Shown here: in pieces, positions 22,732-25,686 of the stretch
Layout: each line of letters begins with the position of its first letter
How positions within the stretch are numbered: the stretch's first letter is position 1
NCBI GenBank assembly: GCA_051009095.1
Contig: JBPCWX010000121.1
Coordinates: 1 to 25,686, forward strand
Direction: 5' to 3'
DNA: 25,686 bases
Origin: Gammaproteobacteria bacterium
GTDB taxonomy: Bacteria; Pseudomonadota; Gammaproteobacteria; Tethybacterales; Persebacteraceae
Position numbers and translations under genes: made by a program
Notes under the pieces: model-generated
The model's database searches: none
The model's input: only the letters and a program-made list of their open reading frames with translations
What the model was told of the DNA's origin: nothing

Positions 22732-25122
22732 ATGACACGACTTCTGGCACTAACATTATTGATTGGCTTTTTTGCATTTTTGCCGAGCGCATCTGCGGAC
22801 GGCGAAAACGGCTTGTTTATTATCCCCGCCGATGTACATCAATCCGCAAGTAGCGGCACGGCAATGCTAACCCTCAATGCCACCAATATTCAAGTGCGGG
22901 CAAAATGGCGGTTGGACGGCGACTCGCCTTTTGCCATCACCGATAATGGTGAACTGCGATTGACGGCGGAACTGAGCAACCCTGCCACCATAGTGGCTAC
23001 GGTTATTGTCGAAGATATGTTTAGCGAATTGAACAGCGGCTATCAAAATTTGGCGGCAACGGCATTAATCACCGTGGAATTTATGTTTGGCACCTTGCGG
23101 ATTATCAATCCGCCGGCGAGATTGCTGGCGGCTTCTGGCATGGGCGGGACCATGGCATTCCACACAAGCGGTGGTATGGGTGAGCGTATTTTTGGTATAG
23201 ATTCAGCAAGCGATTATTTTACTTTGGGCGAAACAAGCGGCATATTATCAGTGGCGGCGAGTGTGGTGGTTGGGGAATACGCAATGACCATTTGGGTGCA
23301 GGATGAGACGGCGACATTATCCATCACGGTTGTGGCGGAAGTGGGAGTACCGGAAAATTTGATTGTGGTGGGCATACCGCCATTGACCATAACGGTGGGC
23401 GATGTTTTGGCTTTGCACACACTGCAAGCAAGCGGCGGTTTGGGGACCATAACATATAAGATGCTGGGCAGTGCGGGACACTTTTTTATTGGCAAAAAAA
23501 GCGGTGTTTTGCGAGTCAATGGCGGTGCCTCAGAAGGAGTTTATATGCTGTCGGTGGAAGCGGCGGATGGAGCAATCATTCCGCAAAAGGCAACGGCAGT
23601 GGCGACGGTGGCGGTGGAAAAGAAAAAAGTAAACCCATTGATATTGAGAACGGAAGTGACCGACATATCGATAATTTTGCATGTTTTCACTTTGCAATAT
23701 GCGAATACATATGCTATTGCGGCGGGGAATGATGGTGGCCATTTTGCGATTAGCGAGATTGGCGGAACATTATGGGCTTTGGAAAATGTGCCTGAGGGGG
23801 CGTACACTCTCAGCGTAGAAATAACTTACCAATATTCTTCGGGCATTCCCCCGACTAAATTAATATCGGTGGTGGTGGTGGAAATGTCGCTTATTCCTCC
23901 GCCAATCAAAAGTGAAATTTTTGTATTTGATTACGGGGACGGGGGACTTGATTACGGGGGAGATGTGTGGTCATCGGTGGATGGTAAGTTATGGACCCTG
24001 AAAACAGCAAACGCGTCATGGTGGTTGTATCAGGGTTATCCAGTGGAATATAATGGGCGGCTGTATTTTATAAGTGGTGATGATATAGCGTCATCTGAAA
24101 ATGGCGTAAACGCAACACCGGAAACGGGAGATGCGCCCTGGCAACAGGAGCGTTATGGTTATCAGGTTGTATCGCATAATGGGCGGTTGTATATGTTGGG
24201 TGGGGATGATAGTGACGGCATTTATTACAATGATGTATGGTCATCGGTGAATGGCAGGGAGTGGACGCAGGAAACGGCAAATGCGGATTGGGCGGGGCGT
24301 GAGGATCACCAAGTCGTATCGCATAATGGGCGGTTGTATGTATTGGGCGGGCGTGGTGATTATGATGGTGATATTGCTGATCGTGATTATACTTATTACG
24401 GTGATGTGTGGTCATCAGTGGACGGCAAGTCATGGGTGCGGGTAACGTTGAGTGGGAGTTGGGCGGGGCGTTCTGGTCATCAAGCCGTGTCACACAATGG
24501 TCGGCTATATGTGTTGGGTGGTTGGTCCTGCTCGCGGCCGTCATTCTTATCAATCTCATGCGAAGATTGGGGTGAAACTTATTACAATGATGTGTGGTCA
24601 TCGGTAGACGGCAAGTCATGGACACAGGAAACATGGGGCGCGGGTTGGTCGGAGCGTTATGACCATAGAGCAGTATCGCACAATGGTCGATTGTATGTAT
24701 TGGGTGGGAATGATGAAGATTTCTTTCCTTTTTTAAATGATGTCTGGTCATCGGCAGATGGTAAAAGTTGGCGGCAAGAGACTGAGGCAGCGGGTTGGGA
24801 GGGATTTTGGGGGGGGCCTAATGTAGTGGTATTCCCGCCCAATCTGGTTTTGCACAGTGCCGACATTGAATTTAAGATTCCGAATGGGCACATAGGGATA
24901 ATCGAAACTTTTGAAGCACAGTACGGCGACGGCAATTATATCTATAGTTTACTGTCAGACATAAGCGGTTTGTCACTAAGTATCAATGGCGAATTATCAA
25001 CAGACGGCACCACAGCAACAGGTGAACACACAATCACCGTGCAAGTGGAGGACGGCGTTGGTCAAACAGCAACCTGGACCGGCAAAGTCATCATCATTTG
25101 CGCGCATTGCAAAAAGCAATAA
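22732..25122 (+). CDS. Secreted multidomain protein: signal peptide, ~4 cadherin-like/Ig-like domains, six-blade Kelch-like propeller, C-terminal cadherin-like domain
   Basis: RBS GGAG at 22723-22726 and signal peptide MTRLLALTLLIGFFAFLPSASA. ~85-aa beta-rich repeats ('YAIAAGNDGGHFAI', 'F.I...SG.L.V', 'G.Y.L.V...D'). Repeats 'VSHNGRLYVLGG...DVWSS.DG..W...W..R..H'. Confidence 0.75.
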   Translation: MTRLLALTLLIGFFAFLPSASADGENGLFIIPADVHQSASSGTAMLTLNATNIQVRAKWRLDGDSPFAITDNGELRLTAELSNPATIVATVIVEDMFSELNSGYQNLAATALITVEFMFGTLRIINPPARLLAASGMGGTMAFHTSGGMGERIFGIDSASDYFTLGETSGILSVAASVVVGEYAMTIWVQDETATLSITVVAEVGVPENLIVVGIPPLTITVGDVLALHTLQASGGLGTITYKMLGSAGHFFIGKKSGVLRVNGGASEGVYMLSVEAADGAIIPQKATAVATVAVEKKKVNPLILRTEVTDISIILHVFTLQYANTYAIAAGNDGGHFAISEIGGTLWALENVPEGAYTLSVEITYQYSSGIPPTKLISVVVVEMSLIPPPIKSEIFVFDYGDGGLDYGGDVWSSVDGKLWTLKTANASWWLYQGYPVEYNGRLYFISGDDIASSENGVNATPETGDAPWQQERYGYQVVSHNGRLYMLGGDDSDGIYYNDVWSSVNGREWTQETANADWAGREDHQVVSHNGRLYVLGGRGDYDGDIADRDYTYYGDVWSSVDGKSWVRVTLSGSWAGRSGHQAVSHNGRLYVLGGWSCSRPSFLSISCEDWGETYYNDVWSSVDGKSWTQETWGAGWSERYDHRAVSHNGRLYVLGGNDEDFFPFLNDVWSSADGKSWRQETEAAGWEGFWGGPNVVVFPPNLVLHSADIEFKIPNGHIGIIETFEAQYGDGNYIYSLLSDISGLSLSINGELSTDGTTATGEHTITVQVEDGVGQTATWTGKVIIICAHCKKQ
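24169..24835 (+). repeat. Intragenic tandem repeats of Kelch-like blades
   Basis: Near-identical 'gtatcgcataatgggcggttgtat'-type blocks start at 24169, 24316, 24487 and 24673. Unit lengths are 147, 171 and 186 nt, all multiples of 3. Confidence 0.9.
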
Positions 25123-25134
25123 TGCCGCTACTCC

Positions 25135-25164
25135 AAAAGCACTGCTTATTAGCAGTGCTTTTTT
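25135..25164. terminator. Bidirectional intrinsic terminator
   Basis: AAAAGCACTGCT-TATT-AGCAGTGCTTTT(TT): a perfect 12-bp stem between convergent genes. Confidence 0.8.
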
Positions 25165-25454
25165 ATTAACTCTTGCGCAGTGGCAATAATGTAGTGTCCG
25201 TCCTCACCCAAACTGATATGATCTGAACGAGAAACATTCTTTAACGCGGGACACTCCAACCCCTCATTAAAAATTCGTCGAGCACAACTCAGCCGAGTCT
25301 TTGCCGAACTTTCTTTGTCACCGTTCTCTTTCACCAAGACTTTCTCAGCGTCATCCTTTGTTATTTTGCCTTCTACATAGGATTGAAAAAGAGCAAAATT
25401 TTTAACAAACGCCCCCTTTCCTATGCTCTGCAACAGTCGCTCCAAATCTGCCAT
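25149..25454 (-). CDS. Hypothetical protein, 101 aa
   Basis: Strong RBS AAAGGAGG 5 nt before the ATG at 25454. Globular-looking charged sequence with no motif I can name. Confidence 0.6.
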   Translation of the reverse strand: MADLERLLQSIGKGAFVKNFALFQSYVEGKITKDDAEKVLVKENGDKESSAKTRLSCARRIFNEGLECPALKNVSRSDHISLGEDGHYIIATAQELIKKHC

Positions 25455-25519
25455 ACAACCTCCTTTGATAAACAAATTTACCATAGCACATCTTTTATTG
25501 ATGAACTAAATCGGCGATT

Positions 25520-25528
25520 ATTGTATCA
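25520..25528 (-). promoter_or_regulatory. Candidate extended -10 for the hypothetical gene
   Basis: TGATACAAT (TGnTACAAT) on the minus strand about 65 nt upstream of the ATG at 25454. Confidence 0.3.
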
Positions 25529-25686
25529 CAAATTCCAAAATAACACCGCTACCCACTTTACCACCACTTTGGCATAAAATAAGCCAATGAGAAAAAATTC
25601 CCCGCCAAGCGAACGGTAGATATGGCGGCGCTATATTCACCCCGCCCAATGATGGGCAGCCCTTAGCCATGCAGGTTTTATGGATT

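Noticed and set aside
24068-24751. His/Thr-rich repetitive 227-aa minus-strand ORF
   Set aside because: It is the antisense reading of the Kelch repeats, and its periodicity is fully explained by them.
24169-24760. Direct repeats with variable intervening sequence, resembling a CRISPR array
   Set aside because: Units are 147-186 nt, in frame inside a coding gene, degenerate at third codon positions, and have no cas genes nearby.
25570-25581. 12-mer TGGCATAAAATA shared with 7974-7985
   Set aside because: A single AT-rich 12-mer match with no extension is more simply a promoter-like word than a repeat family or att site.
25601-25686. Small hairpins (CCGCCA/TGGCGG, GCCCA/TGGGC) at the window end as a possible ncRNA
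   Set aside because: The stems are short, the context is cut by the window edge, and I recognise no RNA family motif.

Overview
Bacterial chromosomal window, proteobacterial in its housekeeping genes. The trxB-smr, rpsU-yqeY and hup-tRNA-Asp neighbourhoods look betaproteobacterial-like. Broken-up operons, dense defence genes and a cadherin/Kelch surface protein would fit a host-associated lineage such as a marine-invertebrate symbiont; this is inference only. Housekeeping genes: pta, argE, a GT2-GtrA fusion, gyrA, yqeY, rpsU, moaD, mobB, smr, trxB, tRNA-Asp, HU, mgtE, lpdA, marC and ilvA. Accessory genes between them: a type II R-M pair (5' end cut by the window), an orphan alpha-class m6A methyltransferase convergent with a 1295-aa AT-rich sacsin/NOV-like GHKL ATPase-polyproline-PD-(D/E)XK nuclease, an AbrB-type/PIN toxin-antitoxin pair, a secreted cadherin-like/Kelch protein preceded by a 112-bp inverted-repeat element, and a small orphan ORF. 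No integrase, transposase, rRNA or CRISPR array was seen. The best leads are (1) the MTase plus GHKL-nuclease cassette, whose ATPase motifs are in permuted order and which occupies the usual dnaG slot behind rpsU-yqeY, (2) a GyrA whose near-invariant HPH-GDS-AVYD quinolone pocket reads HPH-SGE-AVYD, and (3) a Kelch propeller with hypervariable loops on a cadherin-like stalk. All family assignments come from motif recognition by eye; no database searches were run.
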